DNA from: Carpediemonas membranifera BICM
Lineage: Eukaryota; Protista; Fornicata
Length of the DNA: 64,000 nt
Assembly (NCBI GenBank): GCA_019828565.1
Contig: JAHDYR010000005.1
Span: 967,342-1,031,341 of the forward strand
Reading direction: 5' to 3'
Positions 10,652-21,248 of this stretch are shown here, one piece after another. A program made the translations under genes and the position numbers. Below the pieces are notes generated by a model that worked only from the letters and a program-made list of their open reading frames with translations, ran no database searches and was not told the origin of the DNA. Each line of letters opens with the position of its first letter. Position 1 is the stretch's first letter.

Positions 10652-11251
10652 CTACGCCCTGCTGTTCTCGAGCATGCGGCGGAAGCCGTGGCGCCCGATG
10701 ACAGGGAGGCCGCGCGCCGCCGCAGCCCAGTCGTCGTCGAACTTGGCGGCGTCGTCGTCGTGCATGCCGATAAGCGTGCGCGTCTCGGTCTGGCCGCCCT
10801 TGCCGTCGTCCTCCCGGATGAGCTCGACAGCGCGGTCGCCGATGGCGCGGCTGTGGACAGACGTCGTCTTGCCGTCGGCGCCGCGGACGGTGCGGGTCGT
10901 CTCGGTCACGCCGTTGACGGTCCTGGTCGTGGTCGAGCTGAAGCGGACCACAGGCTCGCGGGCAGGTGCGGCGGGTGGCTCGCGCTGCTCCTCGGGCGTC
11001 GGCTCGGTCCGGCTCGGCTCGGGGTTGGTCTTGGCCTTCCCCGGCTTGCCCTCCGGCTTCGGCTCAGAGGGCGCGGCCTGTGGAGCGGGCTGCTCCTCGC
11101 GGGGCTCCTGCTTTGCGTACTCGCGTGGGATGCGGACGTAATAGCCGCCGTCAAGGAAGACGCGGGGCATGGGGGCGAAGAAGTCGTCGAAAACGTTGAA
11201 CATGGATCTGTGTGAGCGTTTGAAGCTGTCAGGAACATACCTGCTGAACAT
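10652..11251 (-). CDS. MLF: MLF-like protein, copy 2
   Basis: Near-identical to copy 1 (NVFDDFFAP vs NVFDYFAP). Confidence 0.75.
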   Translation of the reverse strand: MFSRYVPDSFKRSHRSMFNVFDDFFAPMPRVFLDGGYYVRIPREYAKQEPREEQPAPQAAPSEPKPEGKPGKAKTNPEPSRTEPTPEEQREPPAAPAREPVVRFSSTTTRTVNGVTETTRTVRGADGKTTSVHSRAIGDRAVELIREDDGKGGQTETRTLIGMHDDDAAKFDDDWAAAARGLPVIGRHGFRRMLENSRA

Positions 11252-11397
11252 TGCTGCTTGTGTAGCTTGCTAACCTGTGAAGGTGTTTCTGCTGAAGTGT
11301 GGCGTCATAGCATCGATGGAATTCATCAAATCTCGGATCTGATTGATCTCCGGATGCATCCCAGTCGCGCTAGCTGCGCTGCCTCGGCCTTCATAAG

Positions 11398-11661
11398 ATG
11401 CCCAACTCGCTCATCGCGAGGGCGCCCTTCCAGCGCCTGGTCCGCGAGATCTCGCAGAACATCGCCCTCGACCTGCGCTTCCAGCGTCCCGCCCTCGACG
11501 CCCTCCAGGAGGCCGCTGAGTGCTATCTGGTCGGTCTGTTTGAGGACACCAACTTGCTCGCGATCCACGCTGGACGGGTCACAATTATGGAGAAGGACAT
11601 GACACTCGCCCGCCGCATCCGTGGCGATAACAAGATGCTCAACGGTTATGCCACCTACTAA
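11398..11661 (+). CDS. Tail-less histone H3 (87 aa), second chimeric copy
   Basis: Identical to 10154-10417. Confidence 0.55.
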   Translation: MPNSLIARAPFQRLVREISQNIALDLRFQRPALDALQEAAECYLVGLFEDTNLLAIHAGRVTIMEKDMTLARRIRGDNKMLNGYATY

Positions 11662-11895
11662 GCACTCACCAAACCATCACACTGTACAAAGGAAAAACAC
11701 CCGCCCCGGCATCTGCCAGGCACCCGCGCCGACGACTTGGAGTCGCGCCGTAGTAAATGCCAGAGTGGAGTCTCTCTTCCACCTTCTGAAGTCACCCAGG
11801 CCGGTATTGACCCAGCGATCACACCGCCATCGGCTGCGCCCCGCCGCACCAGCGACCTGCGAACCCCCAACCAACACACGAACTACTCATTTACT

Positions 11896-12495
11896 CTACG
11901 CCCTGCTGTTCTCGAGCATGCGGCGGAAGCCGTGGCGCCCGATGACAGGGAGGCCGCGCGCCGCCGCAGCCCAGTCGTCGTCGAACTTGGCGGCGTCGTC
12001 GTCGTGCATGCCGATAAGCGTGCGCGTCTCGGTCTGGCCGCCCTTGCCGTCGTCCTCCCGGATGAGCTCGACAGCGCGGTCGCCGATGGCGCGGCTGTGG
12101 ACAGACGTCGTCTTGCCGTCGGCGCCGCGGACGGTGCGGGTCGTCTCGGTCACGCCGTTGACGGTCCTGGTCGTGGTCGAGCTGAAGCGGACCACAGGCT
12201 CGCGGGCAGGTGCGGCGGGTGGCTCGCGCTGCTCCTCGGGCGTCGGCTCGGTCCGGCTCGGCTCGGGGTTGGTCTTGGCCTTCCCCGGCTTGCCCTCCGG
12301 CTTCGGCTCAGAGGGCGCGGCCTGTGGAGCGGGCTGCTCCTCGCGGGGCTCCTGCTTTGCGTACTCGCGTGGGATGCGGACGTAATAGCCGCCGTCAAGG
12401 AAGACGCGGGGCATGGGGGCGAAGAAGTCGTCGAAAACGTTGAACATGGATCTGTGTGAGCGTTTGAAGCTGTCAGGAACATACCTGCTGAACAT
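11896..12495 (-). CDS. MLF: MLF-like protein, copy 3
   Basis: Identical to copy 2. Confidence 0.75.
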   Translation of the reverse strand: MFSRYVPDSFKRSHRSMFNVFDDFFAPMPRVFLDGGYYVRIPREYAKQEPREEQPAPQAAPSEPKPEGKPGKAKTNPEPSRTEPTPEEQREPPAAPAREPVVRFSSTTTRTVNGVTETTRTVRGADGKTTSVHSRAIGDRAVELIREDDGKGGQTETRTLIGMHDDDAAKFDDDWAAAARGLPVIGRHGFRRMLENSRA

Positions 12496-12641
12496 TGCTG
12501 CTTGTGTAGCTTGCTAACCTGTGAAGGTGTTTCTGCTGAAGTGTGGCGTCATAGCATCGATGGAATTCATCAAATCTCGGATCTGATTGATCTCCGGATG
12601 CATCCCAGTCGCGCTAGCTGCGCTGCCTCGGCCTTCATAAG

Positions 12642-13538
12642 ATGCCCAACTCGCTCATCGCGAGGGCGCCCTTCCAGCGCCTGGTCCGCGAGATCTCGCA
12701 GAACATCGCCCTCGACCTGCGCTTCCAGCGTCCCGCCCTCGACGCCCTCCAGGAGGCCGCTGGGTGCTATCTGGAGGAGCTAAGGAAGCTTCACCCGTGT
12801 CGGAACAGCTCGCCGCCCGATAACATCGTGTTACACATGACAGCACGCGAGATACTCGATGGGATCCGGGACTTATACGCCCCTGTGCTTAAGAAAGACC
12901 CGCTGGAGCGGTCTGAAGCTATCAATGAGCTCGAAAGACGGCTAACCCATGAGGCCGCGCTCAAAGCCGCCGACCCAGGCTCGATGACGTTCGGCCAGGC
13001 CGTCATGAGGTTCCATATCAGCAGTTGCTTCGTATTCGCCCAGGACAGGGCAAATGGCGGCCAGGTGCTGCTCGTCGAGGAGGACGAGGAAGGTTTAGGT
13101 CTGCCTGGCGGTAAGATCGGCAGCAAGCCCGAGATAAGGGATGAAACGCAATGGGAGGGGGCCCGCCGCAAGTTCCTGAATGAGTCGCGGTATGTCGCGG
13201 ACCTCGTCCCCTGGGCCGTTGGATGCGCCGTGCACACGGGTTGGTCGAAGAAGATCGTGCTGGTGTACTTTGTGGACGCGACGATCAAGGCAGACTTGTG
13301 GGATGACGAAGATAAGGACGAAAGCATCATTGCCCGGCGCTGGGTCGCCCCCCGGGAGTTGCTGGACGGCATCAGCCGCACCGGCGACCGCGCCATCTGG
13401 AAGGTGAGTCGCTCGACCTTCAAGATGGTTGTACCAGTCCTATTCGGCCAGAGAAAGGGCGTGTTGCTGAGGCGGAGCTGGAGAAGGAGCCCGATTCAAA
13501 AGATTGGCGACGATTCTACTCCCCGTTCGCCGCAATAA
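12642..13538 (+). CDS. Nudix-fold protein with an N-terminal histone H3 fragment
   Basis: About 40 aa of H3 in frame with 'VLLVEE...[33 protein letters not shown]...VLVYFV...RRWVAPREL' (degenerate Nudix box). Confidence 0.65.
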   Translation: MPNSLIARAPFQRLVREISQNIALDLRFQRPALDALQEAAGCYLEELRKLHPCRNSSPPDNIVLHMTAREILDGIRDLYAPVLKKDPLERSEAINELERRLTHEAALKAADPGSMTFGQAVMRFHISSCFVFAQDRANGGQVLLVEEDEEGLGLPGGKIGSKPEIRDETQWEGARRKFLNESRYVADLVPWAVGCAVHTGWSKKIVLVYFVDATIKADLWDDEDKDESIIARRWVAPRELLDGISRTGDRAIWKVSRSTFKMVVPVLFGQRKGVLLRRSWRRSPIQKIGDDSTPRSPQ

Positions 13539-13565
13539 ACGCTGAGAATTAATGAGTTGGTCCAT

Positions 13566-13736
13566 TTATCGCCACACATGAGTGCGATCGCGTGGAGGAA
13601 CGTCTTTGGGAGGCTTAGGGCCGTGCTTCTCGAGGAACTCGGCGCCCTTTGGGTGTACTTTGCCCTCGCCGCTAATGGAGTAGTCCTTATTGGTGCCATC
13701 CGCGCCATGTAGCGTTACTCGTTCTCTTGGTGCCAT
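13566..13736 (-). CDS. Small hypothetical protein (56 aa, MAPRERVTLHGADG...)
   Basis: ATG after an AC-rich leader, host-like codon usage, convergent with the Nudix gene. Confidence 0.45.
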   Translation of the reverse strand: MAPRERVTLHGADGTNKDYSISGEGKVHPKGAEFLEKHGPKPPKDVPPRDRTHVWR

Positions 13737-14137
13737 TACTGTCTGTTTTGATGTGTTGTCGTTGGTGTCTCGCGTGACAAGCCTGCGCGACATGATTTCG
13801 CAGTCATGTCGCGTGTTGAAGCCAGACATCGTCTGTGGGGGAGCTGCTTCGTGGCATGTCTTGTGCCGGTCGTTCTTCCATCGCCGTCAGAGGTTAAAAT
13901 GCTCGGCTCTTACCGACCCTGACGTGTGAATCATCGGGAGTGTTTGTTGCGCAGCAAATGATGTCTCTCAATCGAACCCATTCAACTCTCAGCAACGGCG
14001 ATGAGGGCTCGACCCATCGAAGGGAAGTTCACTTGACCCACCGCCACTGCCAATCTGGTTTGATCTGCCGTGGCGATAGGGTCAGAGAGCACCGCACGAA
14101 CGTCGAATTCTGCTGCTTTATCAAACAAAGACGGACA

Positions 14138-17100
14138 CTAAATGGCCATAAAGTTCTCTCTACTCCTACTGTGTGACGGGGAAAGACCTGCCCTCGTCTG
14201 GCTCCGTCGGAACGCCTGTGCCAGCAGCTCGCCGGCGATGTATTCATCGATTGCCAGCTTACCCTCGCTGCCCAGCCGCCGCGCCTCGTCCGCTGTGAAC
14301 ACTTCGAACTCCATCTCCAACAGAGGCGTGTCCGACTCCGATCCAGAGTCTGAGCTCGGGCCAGAGTCACACGGGTCGGTGGCGTCGGCCTGGATGGCGT
14401 CAATGTCGTCGATGGTGGTCTGCTTGCTAAACGTCGGATCTGTGATGACGTCCGTCCCGGTGACGCTTTCGACGACAGGGTAGGGCGTCGGGGGGCATGT
14501 CGTCGTGGTCGATTCCAGCGTCATACGCCGCAACTTGACCTTGCGGACACCACACATGCGTCGGAGCAGCTTCACGGAGGCCTGGTCCCGAGGGGCCGCC
14601 AAGGATGTCAGCTGGTAGCCCGCAACCTTCGCGCTAAGGGCTCGCAAAGTCGGCTCGAAGTACACGTGGTCGTCGTGGCAGACGGTGAGCTGCAACTTGG
14701 AGAGGAACTTGACCGACTGGATCGACCGCTGCGAGTGAATCAGACTGGCGTGCTGGAGGGTCGCCTCCCTGCTAAGTACGGACTCCGTCGTCTGCTTCAG
14801 ACCAAAGGGCGCCGGTATCAGGTACAGCAGGTCCTTAATGAGGCTAGCATGGATCCTCCCGGTGGCCTGCGGGTCCAGCATCGCCCAGGCCGCCTTGAAC
14901 TGGTGGACAAACTCCATCGTAAATGAGCCGTCTGCGGTGATTTGACTCGCGAAGGAGTCATATAGGACGGCGATAAATAGATTTGCATAGATATACATAC
15001 CGAGGAATAGATACGATATGAAGAACGCGATAACGACGAGCTCCCTGGTGGTGCTTGTGGCCAGCAGCCGGTAGTCATGCATGATCTCGTTCCAACCCTC
15101 CCCCGTCAGCATCCGGAAGGCTGCCAGACACCCTGCGGGGAAGCTCTCGAATGTCACCTTGTCCGACACGGCGAGGAGGCGGGCGTCGGCGGTCACCGGT
15201 GGGAGCGCGGCCTGCCCGACGGCGGCGTAGATGGCGAAGAACATGGCCCCGAGGGCGCATACGGCGAGGATGTCGTCGAGGGAGGCAAGGGCGGTGTTGA
15301 GGATGGCCTGCAGCTTGTTGGCGCTCTTCACCACCCGCAGGATCCTCAGAACGCGCAGTACGCGGAGGAAGTTGAGGTTGACGGCGACCACCTCGATCTG
15401 GAACAACGAAAACAGACTCATGGGCGTTGTCAGCAGCCCGAGGATGACGAGACTGAAGTCGAACAGGAGCCATTTGTCCCTGAAGTAGTTCAGCCCGAGG
15501 GCGGTGATCTTGAGCGCGGCCTCGGCGGTGAATATGGCGACGAATGCCGTGTTGGCGGCCGTGATCAGCGTGGTTGTCTGCTCGCTGTTGTTGGGCGTCT
15601 GGAACAGCATAACGCACGTGTTCGCCACCACGAGCACCGTGATGACCTGGTCGAACAGGGCCGAGCAGCACAGCCGGAACACCCACCGTCGCATGGGGGT
15701 CGACGGCTCAGGGTGCAGTCGGGTTGGTCGGGCGGCCCTCACGCTCTCGTGGATGCCGACCCAGCGGCGCATCTCTGGTGTGAGGACGAACTCGCCCGAG
15801 ATCTCCTCCCGGACGGTAGTAAATGAGTCGATGACGAGGCCGACGAAGAGCTCGACGTAGAGAAACACACCGACGAAGATGAACGCGATGAAGTAGAGCG
15901 ATAGTGCCCAATGCTCCTCCGCGGCGGTGAACAGAAGCCCGCTGAGACCCTCCAACGACGACAGCGTCACGAGGGTCAGCGCAGCTTCGGGGAGGGTGTC
16001 GAAATTCGGGGTCGCCGGATCCCACAGGCCCGGACACGATACTTCGGTGTAGCCGAGACCCGCGGAGCACTTGGGGTAGACGCCCGACAGAAGCTGGCGG
16101 CCAATGACGGCGTAGAGTCCGATGCCGCACGCCCCCACGAAGAAGAGCTTGGTGATTTGGGGCACGGCGCCGATGAGGGCCCGCAGGAGGACGTTGATGG
16201 CGGGGACACGGGCAGCCAGCCGCAGCGGCCGCAGAGCCCGGAACAGGCGGATCCAGGTGATGCTGACGGGGGAGAGGAGGTCGATCCAGCCGCCCAAGAC
16301 GATGAGGATGTCGAGTACGTTCAGCGGCTCCCTCAGCAGCCCGTCGGGGGTCCAGTAGAGCCCGTTGGCCAGCAAACGGAGCAGGATCTCTGCGGTGAAA
16401 ATGCAGACGAAGGCCGCGTCGACGGCTATGATGGCGACAGACGCCCAACCGCTGGTGTCAGTACCCGCGACGACGACGACCTCGACGAACGAAAGCAGAA
16501 TCAGGACGGCGATGGCGACCTGGAAGTAGACGGACGAGACGACGCGTCTGAGGACCCGGACCCAGCCCCAGCCCCGGTTGACCAGGAACAGGTTGGTGCC
16601 GAAGCGGGACCGGCCGGCTGCCATGCGGTCGAGGTACTGCCGCAGCAGCTTGTCCTGGCGACGGCGGGTGGTTTTGATCAGCTTGACCCGCCGCACCTCG
16701 TTCTCCTCGACGAAGGCGGCGTGGAAAATGTCGGTGGCGATACCCGCGAAGAGGTTCAGAAGCACGATGTTCCCCACGACAAGCAGGATGGCGAAGTACG
16801 GCACCGCCACGACCCAGCCGCTCGCCCGCCACTGGGCATCGAGGGCGTCGGGGTGGTCTTCGCCGGCCATGACCGTGAGGACCGTCAGGAAGCCCCGGAA
16901 GATGTTGGGGAAGTCGAGCGGGGTGTTGGTGACGGTGTTGTCCGCGAAGAAACCCACGCCGATGACGGCGAAGATGACGCCGACCGCGAGGATGAGCAGG
17001 AAGAGGGGCAAAGCGGCGATGAGGCAGGCCCAGATAGTGTTGACTGAGGCGCGCACGGTCGTCAGCGCGAGGGAGGGCGCGATACCGCCCAGCCGACGGG

Positions 17101-18859
17101 GAAGCAGGCCCCTGGGGTTGGCGGTGAGCTCGTATGTCGGGGGGTAGAAGACACAGGACGGATCGGGGCCTACGATGGCGACCAGCCTCATGCCGCGGAG
17201 CAGCCCCAGCCCCGTGACCGTGCGGCCCGTGAACGTCAGGCAGACGTCGAGCGTGAGGCCGAGGGTGCCTACGATGTCGAGGACTGGACCGTACATGCTG
17301 AGCAACGCCTTGGGACCACCGTACGCGACGAAGCGGACGATGAGGTCGGCCCACCAGTACGCCAGGACCGCGGGCTGGACGTAGACTGCGGCCTCGGGGA
17401 GCCAGATAACGGCAACGGTGAGGGCTACTATAGAGAGGAGGACGACGTGGTGGTACAGCGGGCTCTCGATCGCCCAGCGGAGCCACCATCGTCGGGTTCG
17501 GGCCGGGGGGAGGGCGGCGGGGCGGGTAAAGGCGTATTTGATGAAGGCGAGCGTCTCCCTGAGGGTCTCCGGCATCCGCCTCGGCTCGACCAGCTCCCGG
17601 ACGAATATGACGACGTTGAGGAGTCTGAGGGCGAGCGGGGGGTCGACCTCCATCTGGGTCAGCAGCACCGGCAGCGTCTCGTCCGCCGCGGCCTCAGGGG
17701 CGACGACCTGGCCGGCCAGCGAGTCTGTGAGAATGGCCGTGAGCAGCGAGACGGTGAAGAGGCCGCCGACGATCACTACCGTGACGAAGAACAACGCTGC
17801 CCACGCCCCCTCGGCGTCCATGGCGCGGTACATCGGGCCAGACCAGCCCTCGAGCGTCGCCATGGCCATCACTGTCATCAGGGCGTGGGGGAAGTCCTCG
17901 AGAGTCTGGGCGACGTTCTCGGGGTCGTGGTCGCCAGTGCAGGTGTAGCCGGACGGGCACTTGTACCCCATGAGCCCCGTCGAGCAGGACCGGTCGTCTA
18001 GTATGGAGTTGGTGGCGTCCGTGCACCGGCGACCCATGCTGCCCCCGAAGAGCTGGACCGCGGCGAGGGAGAGAATAACAAAGAGCAGCACTGCCAGGCC
18101 GCCGATGCTGGACATGACCGGTATGGCCTTCAGGATCCCCTCCAGGATGACGCGGAGGGACTTCATCGATCGGACGGTGCGCAGTGGCCGTAGTAATCGG
18201 ACAACACGGAAGGCCATGGCGGACGAGGACGACGATGCTATGATGATCTCTGATATAGAGGTGAGCACGAGGGCGAAATCCAGGATGTTCCAGAAGTCTG
18301 CGAGATAAGACTTCTTCGCCCCCAGGAAGCCGAACGCCGTGATCTTCATGGCAGCTTCGGTGCAGTAGACGGCGAGGAAGATCTTGTCAGTGACCTCGAG
18401 CACCTGCTGGAGGGTTTTGAGGGACGCGAACGTCGGGGTTGACGCCACGAGAGCTAGCGTGTTCAAGATTACGACGGCGAGGATGAAGTTGTCGAACAGG
18501 GGGCTCGTCACCACGCGGATAAGTGCGCAGCGGAGTGCGTTGTCCTGGCCGAAGAGGAACCAGCTCCGTGTGCCGTAATCTGGGAACGGCATCAGGGAGC
18601 GGGAGTCGAGGACCTGGAGCTGGTGGTTCGTGTCCGCTAGGCGCTTGGTAAGATAATCAACGCGGATCTGTAAGTATGAATCATCAACTTCTAGGCCTCG
18701 TGAGGTCCCATGCTCACTAAGCTTCGAGAAAAGGCTTGCTGCGGACAAGGACCTGATTGAAGGCGGTGCCCGCGGCGACGATGATGGAGACCGGTTTGAT
18801 GCCATATTTGGGGGCTCTGGGATGAGGATTCCGTCCCGTAGGATGCCCGAGTCATCCAT
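14138..18859 (-). CDS. Four-domain voltage-gated Ca2+ channel alpha-1 subunit (EEEE filter)
   Basis: 4x6 TM; S4 R-x-x-R repeats (FRVVRLLRPLRTVR, IRLFRALRPLRL, LRVLRVLRILRVVK); pore loops TLEGW/AGEDH/SLEGL/TGEGW; C-terminal 'W..LDPQATGRI' EF-hand-like region. Confidence 0.93.
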   Translation of the reverse strand: MDDSGILRDGILIPEPPNMASNRSPSSSPRAPPSIRSLSAASLFSKLSEHGTSRGLEVDDSYLQIRVDYLTKRLADTNHQLQVLDSRSLMPFPDYGTRSWFLFGQDNALRCALIRVVTSPLFDNFILAVVILNTLALVASTPTFASLKTLQQVLEVTDKIFLAVYCTEAAMKITAFGFLGAKKSYLADFWNILDFALVLTSISEIIIASSSSSAMAFRVVRLLRPLRTVRSMKSLRVILEGILKAIPVMSSIGGLAVLLFVILSLAAVQLFGGSMGRRCTDATNSILDDRSCSTGLMGYKCPSGYTCTGDHDPENVAQTLEDFPHALMTVMAMATLEGWSGPMYRAMDAEGAWAALFFVTVVIVGGLFTVSLLTAILTDSLAGQVVAPEAAADETLPVLLTQMEVDPPLALRLLNVVIFVRELVEPRRMPETLRETLAFIKYAFTRPAALPPARTRRWWLRWAIESPLYHHVVLLSIVALTVAVIWLPEAAVYVQPAVLAYWWADLIVRFVAYGGPKALLSMYGPVLDIVGTLGLTLDVCLTFTGRTVTGLGLLRGMRLVAIVGPDPSCVFYPPTYELTANPRGLLPRRLGGIAPSLALTTVRASVNTIWACLIAALPLFLLILAVGVIFAVIGVGFFADNTVTNTPLDFPNIFRGFLTVLTVMAGEDHPDALDAQWRASGWVVAVPYFAILLVVGNIVLLNLFAGIATDIFHAAFVEENEVRRVKLIKTTRRRQDKLLRQYLDRMAAGRSRFGTNLFLVNRGWGWVRVLRRVVSSVYFQVAIAVLILLSFVEVVVVAGTDTSGWASVAIIAVDAAFVCIFTAEILLRLLANGLYWTPDGLLREPLNVLDILIVLGGWIDLLSPVSITWIRLFRALRPLRLAARVPAINVLLRALIGAVPQITKLFFVGACGIGLYAVIGRQLLSGVYPKCSAGLGYTEVSCPGLWDPATPNFDTLPEAALTLVTLSSLEGLSGLLFTAAEEHWALSLYFIAFIFVGVFLYVELFVGLVIDSFTTVREEISGEFVLTPEMRRWVGIHESVRAARPTRLHPEPSTPMRRWVFRLCCSALFDQVITVLVVANTCVMLFQTPNNSEQTTTLITAANTAFVAIFTAEAALKITALGLNYFRDKWLLFDFSLVILGLLTTPMSLFSLFQIEVVAVNLNFLRVLRVLRILRVVKSANKLQAILNTALASLDDILAVCALGAMFFAIYAAVGQAALPPVTADARLLAVSDKVTFESFPAGCLAAFRMLTGEGWNEIMHDYRLLATSTTRELVVIAFFISYLFLGMYIYANLFIAVLYDSFASQITADGSFTMEFVHQFKAAWAMLDPQATGRIHASLIKDLLYLIPAPFGLKQTTESVLSREATLQHASLIHSQRSIQSVKFLSKLQLTVCHDDHVYFEPTLRALSAKVAGYQLTSLAAPRDQASVKLLRRMCGVRKVKLRRMTLESTTTTCPPTPYPVVESVTGTDVITDPTFSKQTTIDDIDAIQADATDPCDSGPSSDSGSESDTPLLEMEFEVFTADEARRLGSEGKLAIDEYIAGELLAQAFRRSQTRAGLSPSHSRSRENFMAI

Positions 18860-18884
18860 TGCTGGGATCGTTGGGAGAACTTCT

Positions 18885-20927
18885 TTACCGACTTCCGGAC
18901 TTCGACTGAGAGCAGTGCCACGACGGCACTCCGGTTACCGTAGAAACATCTAGCAGGGTCCTCCTGGGGGTGAACACCACGCGGTCATCGCCACCGATTC
19001 CCAGACCGCCGTCGCCATTAAACCCGCAGGCTGAGACTGCGCCGTCGGGCCGTAGGAAGAAGGTCTGGGTCCCCGTGGTGACGATGTCCCCGCCCTTGCA
19101 GACCCGCGTCCACTGCGGCACCTCCCAGTTGGTGTCCACCGTCCCCAGCTGGCCGACGCGGTTGTCACCCAAGGCGAACCACTCGGGCCCTGCCGCCCCC
19201 AGCACCTTGGCAAACACGGCGAGACACTCCCTGAAGTCTATGTCCTGTGTGGGGACTACAATCAGTTCGAGCATAGGCCTGCCCCCCGGCCCTAGTAGCT
19301 CGGCGGGGGTGGTAGCGCTCGATAGCGGGGCGTCCCGTAGCATCGAGCAGCCCGGCTTCCCGTACACCATCGGGCGCCCGCCTGTGAGCAGCACACTGAA
19401 CTTGGGCTTGAACACCGAGGCTGAGACCGGGTTTGGGATGCGTGTGAATGTGCGGGCATTGGTCACACCCGGCCCGAGCGCCAGCTGCCCGTCGCTGTTG
19501 CAGCCACACACATAGACGTTGTCACCATCCGCGTAGTACGACAGCCGCTCCGTCCGGGTTATCCGACCCAGGTCAGGCGTACTCAGCCCCGGGAACAGCA
19601 GCGGCATGAGCGTGTTGACGTGGCGAGCATCAGAACCGACTCCGAGGCAGCCGTACTTGTTGCTGCCCTGGGCGAGCACGGCGACGGGTGTCTGGATGAA
19701 GAGGCGGTCATTCCACACCTCGACGGCCTCGACGGCCCGATACTTGTGCCACGGGCCCAGCGACCTTTCGTACGCAGCACTGGCCGGGTGTGAGTTGAAC
19801 TGGATCCGCTGGATGTCCCCCACCATCTCAACGATGGAGGCGTCGTGCCCCGTGCCGTCGACCACATCATACAGGATGGCAGGGTCGGTGCCCCGGTCGA
19901 AGCCCACTGCGGTCAGGTCCCCCCATACGAACGACCCCTTGACGGTGGCCGCGAAGTAGACCATCGAATCGAACTCTGTGACACACCGCTCCTCGTTCGA
20001 AGCCAGGAGTCGAACTCGGGGGATGCGGACCCGCACAACGATGCTCTGGTCGTACATGCGGCGACGAACGAAGACCCTGCCTCCGTAGAGGTACGTCTCG
20101 GTGGCGGTGCTGGGCGTGTCCGGGGTCGACAGACAGATCCCGTCTTTGGACGAGACAGAGTGCACAAAGAAGAATTTCCGGCACAGGAACCACAGCGCGG
20201 ATGTGTCGCGTTCCCGTTTGAGCTGAGGGTCGATCCCCACGCTCAACATGATCGCCCAAATCGTGCTCTGCAGGAGTGTGTAGATCGTTTCCGGCAGCTC
20301 ATCAAGTGATTTGATGGGCAGATCGATCGTCACATCCGGAAGGCCCACTAGCGATCTCCCAGCCTGACGCAGCCGGTACAGCATCCGCTGCCCCAGCCGA
20401 TGGAGTTCCCCGTCCGCCCGGGCCGCGCTGGGCAGGGTATCAGCAACCATTCCAGCCGCCTCAGTGACTGCCGCCTCCAGCTCTCCCCTGGTGGAGGGCG
20501 GCGTGCCATCGGCCGTCCACGCCCGCGCACCGAGCTCAGTGCACCGGCCCCCGAGACATGTGATGGTCAGGCGGAGCTGTGCCGTGATGTCGCCTGGTAT
20601 GTCGTCCAGCACGACGGCAGTGTTTGCGATCGTCGTCAGACGGGGGAGCAGTGCGAAGAGTGGAGCGGCATACGCGTCGATAGATGTGGACGCAGTGCGA
20701 AGCATGGTTGTGAGGGCGGTAATGGACGACAATACACCACAGCGGGCCTGTCCAACCTGATCGTACAGCTCCGGCTCGTCCGTATGACTGAGAATCTCGT
20801 CCATCTCTGCCTGCATGGCGTTAAGGTCAGCTAGTGTCTTGTCTAGATGGCGACAATCCGTCGATAGAGGTGTACTACGCTCATTTGGGGCTGGTGCGCT
20901 TTTACTGCCAACTTCCCGCTCATTCAT
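18885..20927 (-). CDS. RCC1-repeat protein with helical N-terminus (paralogue of 5569-7599)
   Basis: GSNKYGCLGVG, CGCNSDGQLALG, GDNRVGQLG, CGFNGDGGLGIG. Confidence 0.8.
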   Translation of the reverse strand: MNEREVGSKSAPAPNERSTPLSTDCRHLDKTLADLNAMQAEMDEILSHTDEPELYDQVGQARCGVLSSITALTTMLRTASTSIDAYAAPLFALLPRLTTIANTAVVLDDIPGDITAQLRLTITCLGGRCTELGARAWTADGTPPSTRGELEAAVTEAAGMVADTLPSAARADGELHRLGQRMLYRLRQAGRSLVGLPDVTIDLPIKSLDELPETIYTLLQSTIWAIMLSVGIDPQLKRERDTSALWFLCRKFFFVHSVSSKDGICLSTPDTPSTATETYLYGGRVFVRRRMYDQSIVVRVRIPRVRLLASNEERCVTEFDSMVYFAATVKGSFVWGDLTAVGFDRGTDPAILYDVVDGTGHDASIVEMVGDIQRIQFNSHPASAAYERSLGPWHKYRAVEAVEVWNDRLFIQTPVAVLAQGSNKYGCLGVGSDARHVNTLMPLLFPGLSTPDLGRITRTERLSYYADGDNVYVCGCNSDGQLALGPGVTNARTFTRIPNPVSASVFKPKFSVLLTGGRPMVYGKPGCSMLRDAPLSSATTPAELLGPGGRPMLELIVVPTQDIDFRECLAVFAKVLGAAGPEWFALGDNRVGQLGTVDTNWEVPQWTRVCKGGDIVTTGTQTFFLRPDGAVSACGFNGDGGLGIGGDDRVVFTPRRTLLDVSTVTGVPSWHCSQSKSGSR

Positions 20928-21248
20928 TGTTGTTGTGTCATCCGACAGTGCCCGACCATCTGTCCATGCGCTGCCAGCAGTCGCTATCCCTTCTTACCGG
21001 CCTTATGGGCGTTTATAGTGCTTAGCCATGCCCCGCCCAGTCCATCCCAGCCCGCGTGAAGACACCACGGCAGAGCACAGATCATGGGGCAACAGGCCCT
21101 GGTAGGGCTATATGGCATCAGTGGCTGCGGATGCCGCTTGAATCGGCCTATGTATAACGCTGATTGCATCAGATCATTTCCGAGTTGCGCGGCAGTTGCC
21201 ACATGATGATCGCTGCCGGCGACATGTTCACAAACAAACAAACTAGAA

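Larger units (their letters stand above)
8924..12774. repeat. Tandem direct repeat, ~3.1 units of 1241/1244/1244 bp (3' part of H3 + convergent MLF gene + spacer)
   Basis: GCTCATCGCGAGGGCGCCC recurs at 8924, 10165, 11409 and 12653. Units 2 and 3 appear identical; unit 1 has a 3-nt deletion and a few SNPs. Confidence 0.97.
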
